UHGV virus genome: UHGV-0174327
Strand: one strand, 5' to 3'
From: a virus
Length of the DNA stretch: 20,119 nt
Made by a program: the position numbers and the translations under genes. The notes below the pieces were generated by a model. That model ran no database searches, had not been told where the DNA came from, and was given only the letters and a program-made list of their open reading frames with translations. Each line of letters starts with the position of its first letter. Position 1 is the stretch's first letter. Of the stretch, positions 8,006 through 15,405 are shown in pieces.

Positions 8006-9051
8006 TGGGAAAGAGTAAGAAAAACCGCGCTGCGGCGATGAATCACATCCAGCATAAAAGCCAGACTTCAGCCGAAGCATTCAGCTTCGGCGATCCCGTT
8101 CCTGTTCTGGACCGCCGAGAATTACTGGACTATGTGGAATGCGTACAGATGGACCGTTGGTATGAGCCGCCCGTCAGCTTTGACGGACTGGCGCGCACCT
8201 TCCGCGCCGCCGTGCATCACAGTTCCCCGATTGCAGTAAAGTGCAACATTCTGACCAGTACCTATATCCCTCATCCGCTGCTCAGCCAGCAGGCTTTTTC
8301 GCGTTTTGTGCAGGACTATCTGGTATTTGGTAACGCCTACCTGGAGAAACGCACGAACCGCTTCGGTGAAGTTATCGCCCTTGAACCGACCCTGGCAAAA
8401 TACACCCGACGCGGATTAGACCTGGATACCTACTGGTTTGTGCAATACGGCATGACTACGCAGCCGTATCAGTTCACGAAAGGCAGCATTTTTCATCTGA
8501 TGGAACCGGACATCAACCAGGAGATCTACGGCCTGCCCGGTTATCTTTCTGCCATTCCGTCAGCCCTGCTCAACGAGTCCGCCACGCTGTTCCGCCGCAA
8601 GTATTACATTAACGGCAGTCATGCAGGCTTCATCATGTACATGACCGATGCAGCGCAGAACCAGGAGGATGTGAACAACCTCCGCAATGCGATGAAAAGC
8701 GCCAAAGGTCCTGGTAACTTCCGTAACCTGTTTATGTACTCGCCTAACGGTAAAAAGGACGGGCTTCAGATTATCCCGTTGTCAGAAGTGGCGGCGAAGG
8801 ATGAGTTCCTGAATATCAAGAACGTGAGCCGGGACGACATGATGGCGGCGCATCGTGTGCCGCCACAAATGATGGGGATAATGCCTAATAATGTCGGGGG
8901 GTTTGGGGATGTAGAAAAGGCAAGCCGTGTCTTTGTCCGCAACGAGTTGATACCTCTGCAGAAACGCCTACAGGAACTTAACAACTGGCTGGGCGATGAA
9001 GTTATACGTTTCGAGCCGTACACTTTAGATATTCAGAATGAAAAGAAATAA
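8005..9051 (+). CDS. Q: portal protein (P2 gpQ family)
   Basis: ATG at 8005 overlaps P stop (TGATG); 348 aa; sequence and length fit P2 Q. Confidence 0.9.
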   Translation: MGKSKKNRAAAMNHIQHKSQTSAEAFSFGDPVPVLDRRELLDYVECVQMDRWYEPPVSFDGLARTFRAAVHHSSPIAVKCNILTSTYIPHPLLSQQAFSRFVQDYLVFGNAYLEKRTNRFGEVIALEPTLAKYTRRGLDLDTYWFVQYGMTTQPYQFTKGSIFHLMEPDINQEIYGLPGYLSAIPSALLNESATLFRRKYYINGSHAGFIMYMTDAAQNQEDVNNLRNAMKSAKGPGNFRNLFMYSPNGKKDGLQIIPLSEVAAKDEFLNIKNVSRDDMMAAHRVPPQMMGIMPNNVGGFGDVEKASRVFVRNELIPLQKRLQELNNWLGDEVIRFEPYTLDIQNEKK

Positions 9052-9079
9052 AAGTTAGCGAATAAAAATCATTAGCATA

Positions 9080-9098
9080 GGCCGCAAACTGAGCGGCC
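9080..9098. terminator. bidirectional hairpin terminator between portal (+) and the 89-aa gene (-)
   Basis: GGCCGC-aaactga-GCGGCC followed by T-rich tract on + strand and by A/T-rich run on - strand. Confidence 0.45.
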
Positions 9099-9105
9099 TT
9101 ATTCA

Positions 9106-9375
9106 TTACCAATTTCTTTTTTCGGAGTTTAGCCAATCACCGCATGGATAATATCTTGACGCCCATTCACCTTGTAAACGAGCTACAAACAGAATATCGT
9201 TACTATCGACCCTGGCTTGGAGTCCGTCACGCAGTTGAGTTGCGGTCAGCGTTGTATCTACTAACCAAAATGATTCAAGATATTTACAGTATGTAAATTG
9301 CTTTAGATAGTCAAAAACTTCATCGTAGTTTCTTCCCGGAGCCTTCAAGTCATAGGTTATACAATAAATAGCCAT
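9106..9375 (-). CDS. hypothetical 89-aa soluble protein (accessory cassette B, distal gene)
   Basis: MAIYCITYDLKAPGRNYDEVFDYLKQF...DSNDILFVARL; AT-rich; 3 nt downstream of the zinc-ribbon ORF; alternating beta/alpha pattern vaguely reminiscent of VapD/Cas2-like small proteins (unverified). Confidence 0.55.
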   Translation of the reverse strand: MAIYCITYDLKAPGRNYDEVFDYLKQFTYCKYLESFWLVDTTLTATQLRDGLQARVDSNDILFVARLQGEWASRYYPCGDWLNSEKRNW

Positions 9376-9378
9376 TCT

Positions 9379-9561
9379 CTAAGCTCCGCATTTTTTATCA
9401 TTTGGGGAACATCTTAACCTGCGACATTTGCGGCAATACGATTGAGGGATCAGCCGCTCTCCTTCCATAGTTCTAAAACCAAACACTTCTTCAATTTTGT
9501 TCAAATCACCACTTGCAATAACCCCACAGCAGGGGCAGACAGCCTCAATTTGAAATGCCAT
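9379..9561 (-). CDS. hypothetical ~60-aa zinc-ribbon protein (accessory cassette B, proximal gene)
   Basis: MAFQIEAVCPCCGV...CRKCRRLRC with CxxC...CxxC spacing; ATG at 9561 preceded by GGAGA (spacing 5); ORF-track start 9624 is an upstream extension. Confidence 0.5.
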   Translation of the reverse strand: MAFQIEAVCPCCGVIASGDLNKIEEVFGFRTMEGERLIPQSYCRKCRRLRCSPNDKKCGA

Positions 9562-9660
9562 GTCTATCTCCATTCCACATGTTGAATGTAGGGTAATACT
9601 TCCTTTCAAGCAAAAATGAGACAAGGATCTTGAAACCTAATTTAAACTTGCTTGCGCGCG

Positions 9661-9679
9661 CTCGTATCCCCGCCACGCC
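9661..9679 (-). other. cos-like site (cohesive-end sequence) of the prophage
   Basis: Reverse complement reads GGCGTGGCGGGGATACGAG followed by CGCGCGC; the P2/P4 cohesive end as I recall it is GGCGAGGCGGGGAAAGCAC followed by TGCGCGC (14/19 identical); location downstream of portal Q is where P2 has cos. Confidence 0.45.
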
Positions 9680-9714
9680 TGCCCGCTTTTTGTAGCGATT
9701 TTCATGCAGGTGCA

Positions 9715-9748
9715 TGACATAAGCAAAAGCCCACCAGAACTGGCGGGC
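9715..9748 (-). terminator. rho-independent terminator ending the three-gene cassette A
   Basis: Stem GCCCACCAG/CTGGCGGGC (one mismatch) followed on the minus strand by UUUUGCUU. Confidence 0.4.
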
Positions 9749-9796
9749 CTCAGCAAAAACGATCCTCAAACGATCATGCATATTCATGCGGCATAG

Positions 9797-10306
9797 TCAT
9801 GCAGTGACTTTGGTCTGGTCAGGCGTAGAAAAATCTTCGAAAGATTTATAAGTTTCAGTATCAAATATTGAAATACTCTCAACCTGATCCATTGGGATTA
9901 CATGCCTAAAATGATTTAAGTTCAGTGGAGTTGAGTCTGCTGTAATATTTTTACTAAGGTAAAGTTCATAGTAACGATGCTGCTCATGGTATCTGAGCGT
10001 ATCTTTATCACGATAACCACTGATGTATGGTATGAGAGCCAGATGCTGAGTTTCCTGATGCTCCATCCGAGGAGCAGCTACGTAACCAATGTAAACTTTT
10101 CTGGATTTTAGCGTAACAAAGATGAGCTTACCTTCATCTATAGCCTGAACTAACAGTGACTCAATTCCATCTTGAGCTGCCATCTCGCGATATGCAGATT
10201 GACGAATCTCTTCGTTTTCTATTGCTCTTCGCGCATTGTTACCTTGGTCATAAGCAATAAACACCGCAAGCAGCATAGACAACACAAAGAACAATGGGTA
10301 AGACAT
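9797..10306 (-). CDS. hypothetical ~169-aa protein with N-terminal TM helix and soluble C-terminal domain (cassette A, gene 3)
   Basis: MSYPLFFVLSMLLAVFIAY then hydrophilic domain; start at ATG 10306 five nt after the gene-2 stop (ORF-track 10342 is a GTG extension overlapping gene 2); AT-rich. Confidence 0.55.
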   Translation of the reverse strand: MSYPLFFVLSMLLAVFIAYDQGNNARRAIENEEIRQSAYREMAAQDGIESLLVQAIDEGKLIFVTLKSRKVYIGYVAAPRMEHQETQHLALIPYISGYRDKDTLRYHEQHRYYELYLSKNITADSTPLNLNHFRHVIPMDQVESISIFDTETYKSFEDFSTPDQTKVTA

Positions 10307-10311
10307 TATCT

Positions 10312-10578
10312 TTACGTCTGTGAGCCATGAATAAAAGTCCACATGTAACTTAGGCCAAAAATAACCAAAAAATTGATAACTGAGCTTATAACTAGCAAGG
10401 TAACGAATGTAACAGCCATCAGAGTAAACCCCTGAATAGCAAACTTACAACCATGCATAGCTACATAAAAATAGGAATTCCAACCATTACTTCTTGCTTG
10501 CCTGATGCGGGACTGGTAATGATTTTCGGTGTACCAGAACCCGCAAACCAGGACGACCATGATAACTAAGGGTCCCAT
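10312..10578 (-). CDS. hypothetical 88-aa integral membrane protein, two predicted TM segments (cassette A, gene 2)
   Basis: PLVIMVVLVCGFWY and FTLMAVTFVTLLVISSVINFLVIFGLSYMW hydrophobic stretches; start coupled to gene-1 stop (AAGGATGAGGAATG). Confidence 0.55.
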   Translation of the reverse strand: MGPLVIMVVLVCGFWYTENHYQSRIRQARSNGWNSYFYVAMHGCKFAIQGFTLMAVTFVTLLVISSVINFLVIFGLSYMWTFIHGSQT

Positions 10579-10581
10579 TCC

Positions 10582-10782
10582 TCATCCTTGTCGTTTTGCA
10601 GCCAATTCTTCCATTCTGGCACGCATTGATTCACGTACCTGCTTATTGTTCATGTTTAAGGTCGCCGCACCATTAGCATCTGTGATAATTTTACTATTAT
10701 CAGACTGTTGCACATCCTGACGGATGACATCCTGCATAATCTTACCTGGTGCAGAGAGAACTTTGCGCAGAAGTTCAGACAT
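10582..10782 (-). CDS. hypothetical 66-aa hydrophilic protein (cassette A, gene 1)
   Basis: MSELLRKVLSAPGKIMQDVIRQ...; ATG at 10782 preceded by AAGGAGG (spacing 5); ORF-track start 10857 is an upstream extension. Confidence 0.5.
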   Translation of the reverse strand: MSELLRKVLSAPGKIMQDVIRQDVQQSDNSKIITDANGAATLNMNNKQVRESMRARMEELAAKRQG

Positions 10783-10835
10783 ATTTTCCTCCTTATGCCT
10801 CAAACGCCACGGATTGTGGTGCATGGAAGCTGTCA

Positions 10836-10880
10836 TCTTATGATTATAGGACAACAAAAATACGAAACTATTCGAAGAGT
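10836..10880 (-). promoter_or_regulatory. candidate sigma70 promoter for cassette A (perfect TATAAT -10 on minus strand at 10848..10843)
   Basis: Minus strand reads ...ttgttgtccTATAATcataag...; -35 is weak (TAGTTT); about 55-nt leader to the ATG at 10782. Confidence 0.3.
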
Positions 10881-11001
10881 GCTACGTATTAACCTATTTA
10901 CATATCACCCTGCAACCAATTTATCCATAACTAACGCCTCGCACGGCTCGTTGCTCAACCTTGCGAACGGTAAAAACCAGTTTTATCGTCCGCAACGTTC
11001 C

Positions 11002-11232
11002 CTAATGTAACCAGCTGTCGTCTTCCCACACCTTCTGCATAATTTTCATCACTTGCTTCCTTTCTTCGTCCAGTTGCAGTCCGGTCAGTTCCACACCGTT
11101 AGAGCTACCTTTGCGGATACGAATTACCGTTTTGGGATACAGGGGGCGCAGATTGCGGTAAAGCTCGGATTCAAGGGCGTCCAGTGTAGACTGGCTAATC
11201 TTCTGCTCTTTATCGATCATTATTTCAATGCG
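11002..11232 (-). CDS. dinI: DinI-family protein (SOS-regulated RecA modulator homologue)
   Basis: MRIEIMIDKEQKISQSTLDALESELYRNLRPLYPKTVIRIRKGSSNGVELTGLQLDEERKQVMKIMQKVWEDDSWLH parallels E. coli DinI (MRIEVTIAK...WESADDW) as recalled; SD GAGGTGA; downstream of a LexA box. Confidence 0.7.
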   Translation of the reverse strand, partial: RIEIMIDKEQKISQSTLDALESELYRNLRPLYPKTVIRIRKGSSNGVELTGLQLDEERKQVMKIMQKVWEDDSWLH

Positions 11233-11245
11233 CATAAAAGTCACC

Positions 11246-11434
11246 TCAGCTGATGACATCCATTGAGCGGTTGTATTCGTGGGTTCTGATTTTTGCCATG
11301 AGTTCATCTGTTAGTTCAGAAACCCACTGCAAAGCCAGCCCCTTCTCTTCATCACTACACTCACTAGCCGCTACAAGCTTAAGAAAAAAATCAATGCGCT
11401 GGAGCTTCAAAGACTCCAAAAAATAGTCCTGCAT
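11246..11434 (-). CDS. hypothetical 62-aa protein, first gene of the LexA-controlled operon (possible Tum-like antirepressor, speculative)
   Basis: ATG at 11434 preceded by AGGAGGAAAG; about 45 nt downstream of a canonical LexA box; position corresponds to the 186 tum locus. Confidence 0.45.
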   Translation of the reverse strand: MQDYFLESLKLQRIDFFLKLVAASECSDEEKGLALQWVSELTDELMAKIRTHEYNRSMDVIS

Positions 11435-11474
11435 CTTTCCTCCTATGACACCAAAGCAATACTGTATACATAAC

Positions 11475-11494
11475 CACTGTTTATATTTACAGTA
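11475..11494. promoter_or_regulatory. LexA operator (SOS box) overlapping the promoter of the 62-aa/dinI-like operon
   Basis: CTGT-ttatattt-ACAG (11477..11492) fits CTGT-N8-ACAG with AT-rich spacer; a weaker overlapping CTGT-N8-CCAC half-match at 11462..11477; TATACT -10-like hexamer adjacent on minus strand. Confidence 0.6.
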
Positions 11495-11586
11495 TATAAT
11501 AATCTTACTGATGTAAAACGTTTTTTTACGTTCATCAGCCTGATATGCCTGGTATTATTAAGAGCACGAATTGTTAACCCGCGTAA

Positions 11587-11943
11587 TTAATACAGGTTCC
11601 GCCACTTATCATCTTCCTTCAGACGCTGGTTCCGATAGAAGATACGCAGGCCTGCTCCTGACGGAATACTGCCACCGCGAAGGAGTAAATCGACCTCTTT
11701 CTCGCTGCCATCAAATCCTCTGGACTTCAGTTCATAGACGAGCTGCTGTCGTTGATGGTCTGTAATTCGCTGTTTGTAGTCTCTACGCCGTTTCGGTTTC
11801 ACCAGGCGTAACCTTACAGCCAGCTCCCGGCGCTCTTTTTTGTTCATACTGTGCAGAAAATCGTGCAACTCCTTGTCATCCATGCGGGTAATATCCGTTC
11901 TGGTGTCCCCATCAGCTGATTTATCTTTCTCCTGTTGGTTCAA
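11587..11943 (-). CDS. hypothetical basic protein downstream of and overlapping replication gene A; start uncertain (TTG 11943, or ATG 11883)
   Basis: Lys/Arg-rich ([22 protein letters not shown]); no strong SD at any candidate start; conserved position after A in P2-like phages. Confidence 0.4.
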   Translation of the reverse strand: MNQQEKDKSADGDTRTDITRMDDKELHDFLHSMNKKERRELAVRLRLVKPKRRRDYKQRITDHQRQQLVYELKSRGFDGSEKEVDLLLRGGSIPSGAGLRIFYRNQRLKEDDKWRNLY

Positions 11944-14027
11944 ATTTTCAGCAAGGGGACAGTTATTGCCACGAGTCCAAGGGGACAGTTATTGCCACGA
12001 GTCCAAGGGGCGCAAGCGCCCTGGTCGGCTGCCGCCTCCTGAACGTCAACGGCCTTACGAACCATTTTCCACTTCACTGCATGAGTGCAGATCTTGCCCT
12101 CTGCAATGGGTGACCAGATGCCATAAATACGAATACCGTGATCACCATAGGCGGTCGGCTCTTCGTTGATTTCATAAGCGGTTCTGATCAAGTGATATTT
12201 GCGGGGAACCAACACGCCGCCCTGCTTCATAATGTAGGTGGCAAAACAGCCAGCATCAGCAGCAGCCAGAATGGCATCAAGACGCGGATCATCCAGTACC
12301 GGCGCACCTGCTTTTTTGTCACCCTGCTGCCTTGCCGCCTGACCAGCCAGCAATCGCAGTTCACGGTAAGCCTGACGCCCCGGAATGCCAAAGAAGCGGA
12401 ATTGCTGAACACGATGCAGAGACGCCCAGGCATTAACGTATTCAGCGTTATCACGCAGGGATTTACCCGTTTCCTTGCTGATCTCGCCAGCCAGACCACG
12501 CCCGTCAATGTTCTTACTGATGTATTTCGCGATGTAGCTTGTCGGCGTTCCTTTGCGCGGGTTAATCAGCTCAGACTTAAAGCGTGGCCCCGTGTTATTG
12601 CCCAGTTCCTCGCGGTCTTCACGGATGGCAAACTTACGCAGTAATGCAGTGATGGCGCGGCGGTCTTTTTTACGCATGAAGCACATGAGATGCCAGTGCA
12701 CAGTACCGTCATGATGCGGCTCAGCCACCCGCACGCCATACCACCGCAATCCGGCTTTGTGCATCGCCTTACGAAATGCAGCAAACATGCCGACCAGATA
12801 ATCACTGCTTTGTCTTACCGTCGCATTTGTCCAGGTCGGGTTTGGTCTGCCGTTATTGAGCGTGGAATGGAAACGTGACGGACAGGTGATGGTGTAGAAA
12901 ACGGCGCAGTCACCGCGCATTTCCGCGATAAGCTCCAGACCTTTAACGCAGGCCATCATCTCATTGCGGCGATGTGCCGGGTTGCTGCTGCTGGCGTTTA
13001 CCACATCTTCCATATCCAGCGTGTCTCCGTCTTCGTTCACCAGTTCATGAGAACGGAAAAACTCCAGCGACTTGCGGCGCTGCTCACGTTTATGCGTCAC
13101 TGCTTCATAGCTGACATAGGGAGATGCTTTTTTGCTGACCAGACAGACAGCACGCAACTGCTCTTCCCGCCATTCGCAACGCATCTTCCACAATTTTCGA
13201 TACCACCAGTCGGCGCAAAGCATACGTGCCAGCGAACCCGGTATGAGTTCATAGGGCACAGGTTTGCGGCGGTTTCTTTTCCGACGAAGTTTCTCAAACG
13301 CAGGCGGGATAACATCCAGACGCAGGGTTTCCGCAGCCACCTTTTCCCATGTCTTGCGGATTTCTTCTGGCTTAACGTCATCGGTGGCGTACAAATCACC
13401 ACAAGCGGCCTCAAGACACATGCTCATATGCGCTGCTACCAGGGTGGACAGGCGTTTCACCTGATCCTGGCTCATTTCAGGCAGGATCAGCAGCCCCTCC
13501 AGCCCTTGATGGCTTGCCATAAAACGGAAAGAAACAGATAGCTGACTGTCACGTACACAATCCAGTCGCTCCAGACATGGCTTAATCGTCTCACGCAAAT
13601 AGCGGGAATAAGCCTTTGGCCTGCCCAGGCTGCTGAAGTATTCGATACGTTGCATCAGCGGCTTGCTGATATGAGAAGGCTGGGCGCTGACATCTGCCAG
13701 AATGACCATGTCCGGGTTAAAACGCTGCTGCTCATGCGCCAGCTTTGCCCGGCTAATGAGCTTATCCTGCTCCATTTCGCGCTGGACAGGATCACGGGAT
13801 TCATTAAAGAAATAACGCTCCCAGACCTGCTCACTCAGTGCCTCGCGGCGCAGTTGTTCCTGCTCGTTATCGGCAGCGTACAGAGTGATCAGGTTTGAAA
13901 GTGCAGACTCCGGCGCAACTTCCGCCGGATCCAGATAAGGGTTAATGGCCTTTTTCGGGCCGTTCCATGAAAATGCTGCGGCAGCCTCGTTAAAGCCGCT
14001 AGAGTTGCTCATATCGTCATGACTCAT
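11940..14027 (-). CDS. A: replication initiation endonuclease (P2/186 gpA family, rolling-circle initiator)
   Basis: 695 aa, size and sequence consistent with 186/P2 A; ATG at 14027 overlaps dam stop (ATGA). Confidence 0.85.
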   Translation of the reverse strand: MSHDDMSNSSGFNEAAAAFSWNGPKKAINPYLDPAEVAPESALSNLITLYAADNEQEQLRREALSEQVWERYFFNESRDPVQREMEQDKLISRAKLAHEQQRFNPDMVILADVSAQPSHISKPLMQRIEYFSSLGRPKAYSRYLRETIKPCLERLDCVRDSQLSVSFRFMASHQGLEGLLILPEMSQDQVKRLSTLVAAHMSMCLEAACGDLYATDDVKPEEIRKTWEKVAAETLRLDVIPPAFEKLRRKRNRRKPVPYELIPGSLARMLCADWWYRKLWKMRCEWREEQLRAVCLVSKKASPYVSYEAVTHKREQRRKSLEFFRSHELVNEDGDTLDMEDVVNASSSNPAHRRNEMMACVKGLELIAEMRGDCAVFYTITCPSRFHSTLNNGRPNPTWTNATVRQSSDYLVGMFAAFRKAMHKAGLRWYGVRVAEPHHDGTVHWHLMCFMRKKDRRAITALLRKFAIREDREELGNNTGPRFKSELINPRKGTPTSYIAKYISKNIDGRGLAGEISKETGKSLRDNAEYVNAWASLHRVQQFRFFGIPGRQAYRELRLLAGQAARQQGDKKAGAPVLDDPRLDAILAAADAGCFATYIMKQGGVLVPRKYHLIRTAYEINEEPTAYGDHGIRIYGIWSPIAEGKICTHAVKWKMVRKAVDVQEAAADQGACAPWTRGNNCPLGLVAITVPLLKI
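11952..12010. repeat. tandem direct repeat, 26 bp x 2.3 (CAAGGGGACAGTTATTGCCACGAGTC) inside the 3' end of gene A
   Basis: Copies at 11952..11977 and 11978..12003 are identical; partial third copy CAAGGGG at 12004..12010, followed by palindrome GGGCGCaaGCGCCC. Confidence 0.85.
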
Positions 14028-14881
14028 ACACGCACCTCGTACACAGCAGAACTATCCACGCCACGCGAAGGATCAAATCCCATCCAGCAGCGCGACCCGG
14101 AAACAGCAATGATTTCTGTTGCAGATTTACTCTCGCCAGCTGACACGCCGATGCTGCGTTTTGCCTTGATGTAGTGGTGAGTGAAATTGCGATACAGCGA
14201 ACGGATCAGGGATGTGTCACTGTTAGAAACAATGACCGGATGACCTTCTGATGATCGATATTCAAGAACGGATGCCAGGTGATACTGGTCATCTTCAGTG
14301 AAGCCGTCAGTGTGATAACCGGAAAACGTGCCGTCATACGGCGGATCGCAATACACCACATCCCCCGCCTTCAACATCGCCAGCGTTTCATCAAAGCTGG
14401 CGCAGATAAACGTTGCTCGCTGGGCCTTTTCTGCAAATGCGTGAATTTCTTTTTCAGGGAAATACGGATTTTTATAATTACCGTAGGGAATGTTGAAATG
14501 CCCGCTCTTGTTATAGCGACATAAACCACGGTAACCGTGACGATTGAGATACAGGAAATATACCGCTTTCATGAAATCAGTAATTTCAGTTGAGTAATTA
14601 AACTCCTGCCTTATGTTGTAATAAGCTAGGTCACTGTTTGCTTCCTCAAACAAAGTTCTGGTCCGCGATATAAACGCCTCGCAATCAGCGGCAATCTTTT
14701 TATAGAGGTTGATTAAATCAGGATTAATATCCGCAACCAGATAGCTGGGGTAATCCGTCTCCATCATCACAGCACAGGAACCCGCGAAAGGTTCAACCAG
14801 TCGCGGGCCAGCAGGTAGGTATTTTTTCAGTTCGGACATAATTGCGGTTTTATTTCCCGCCCATTTCAGGATGGTGCTCAT
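14024..14881 (-). CDS. dam: DNA adenine methyltransferase (Dam-family, DPPY motif)
   Basis: [11 protein letters not shown]...EPFAGSCAV...VYCDPPY...; ATG at 14881 overlaps upstream stop; ORF-track start 14941 is an extension. Confidence 0.85.
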   Translation of the reverse strand: MSTILKWAGNKTAIMSELKKYLPAGPRLVEPFAGSCAVMMETDYPSYLVADINPDLINLYKKIAADCEAFISRTRTLFEEANSDLAYYNIRQEFNYSTEITDFMKAVYFLYLNRHGYRGLCRYNKSGHFNIPYGNYKNPYFPEKEIHAFAEKAQRATFICASFDETLAMLKAGDVVYCDPPYDGTFSGYHTDGFTEDDQYHLASVLEYRSSEGHPVIVSNSDTSLIRSLYRNFTHHYIKAKRSIGVSAGESKSATEIIAVSGSRCWMGFDPSRGVDSSAVYEVRV

Positions 14882-15105
14882 ACAGCACCTCCGTTGTAAT
14901 GTTTGCCTTTCAGCTCTGCGATTTCCTGACAGGTAATGCAAAGCTGCACTCCAGGAATGGCACGGCGGCGTGCTGGCGGAATTGGTGCTTCACATTCAAT
15001 GCAAAGCACGCGAGACACGCCCGGTGTTTTGGCACGGGCAGCACGGATATGGCGCTGGCGTTCTTCTTCAACGCGCTGCTGTACGAGATCCATTGCATCA
15101 GCCAT
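14878..15105 (-). CDS. TraR/DksA-family C4 zinc-finger protein
   Basis: CIECEAPIPPARRRAIPGVQLCITCQ four-cysteine motif near C-terminus, 75 aa. Confidence 0.65.
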   Translation of the reverse strand: MADAMDLVQQRVEEERQRHIRAARAKTPGVSRVLCIECEAPIPPARRRAIPGVQLCITCQEIAELKGKHYNGGAV

Positions 15106-15344
15106 TAGTGGATCTCCTGCGCTTCGTTCTGGATTGCTTCAGCGGTCACACGCAGCAGTTCTGCTGCTTCGACGTGGTTTAGCTGGCGGGATGTGATATG
15201 ACACGCCAGGCTATCAAGGCGGGCAGCCATTGCCTCAGCCCTTGCCCGACGTTCTTCAAGTCGGGCCTCTGTCAGTAAAAGATTAAGACCTGCATCATCC
15301 GGTCCGGTTTTAGTCGTGAGGGTTTCAATATTACGCATAATCAA
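15105..15344 (-). CDS. hypothetical early-operon protein (P2-like conserved small ORF)
   Basis: 79 aa, tightly packed in operon; no recognisable motif. Confidence 0.5.
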   Translation of the reverse strand: MIMRNIETLTTKTGPDDAGLNLLLTEARLEERRARAEAMAARLDSLACHITSRQLNHVEAAELLRVTAEAIQNEAQEIH

Positions 15345-15405
15345 TTCTCCTGAATTTAGATAAAGGGATGCCCGGCGGGTTTACGCCATGAATTTTATTT
15401 ATTGG

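Noticed and set aside
9545-9787. 80-aa minus-strand ORF spanning the cos-like site and terminator
   Set aside because: Covers the cos-like sequence and a terminator hairpin, low-complexity translation, no SD; likely non-coding
10708-11010. 100-aa plus-strand ORF in the region between cassette A and dinI
   Set aside because: Overlaps the cassette A promoter/5' end on the opposite strand, no SD; the region is better explained as promoter/leader sequence
11952-12010. Tandem repeat considered as a possible CRISPR array
   Set aside because: Only 2.3 directly abutting copies with no spacers, lying inside a coding region; not CRISPR
12138-13541. Plus-strand ORFs (12138..12644, 12972..13541) inside replication gene A
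   Set aside because: Antisense to gene A, no ribosome-binding sites, no recognisable protein features
14936-15196. Plus-strand ORFs overlapping the TraR-like and adjacent genes
   Set aside because: Antisense artefacts; the minus-strand genes have coupled starts and a recognisable zinc-finger motif
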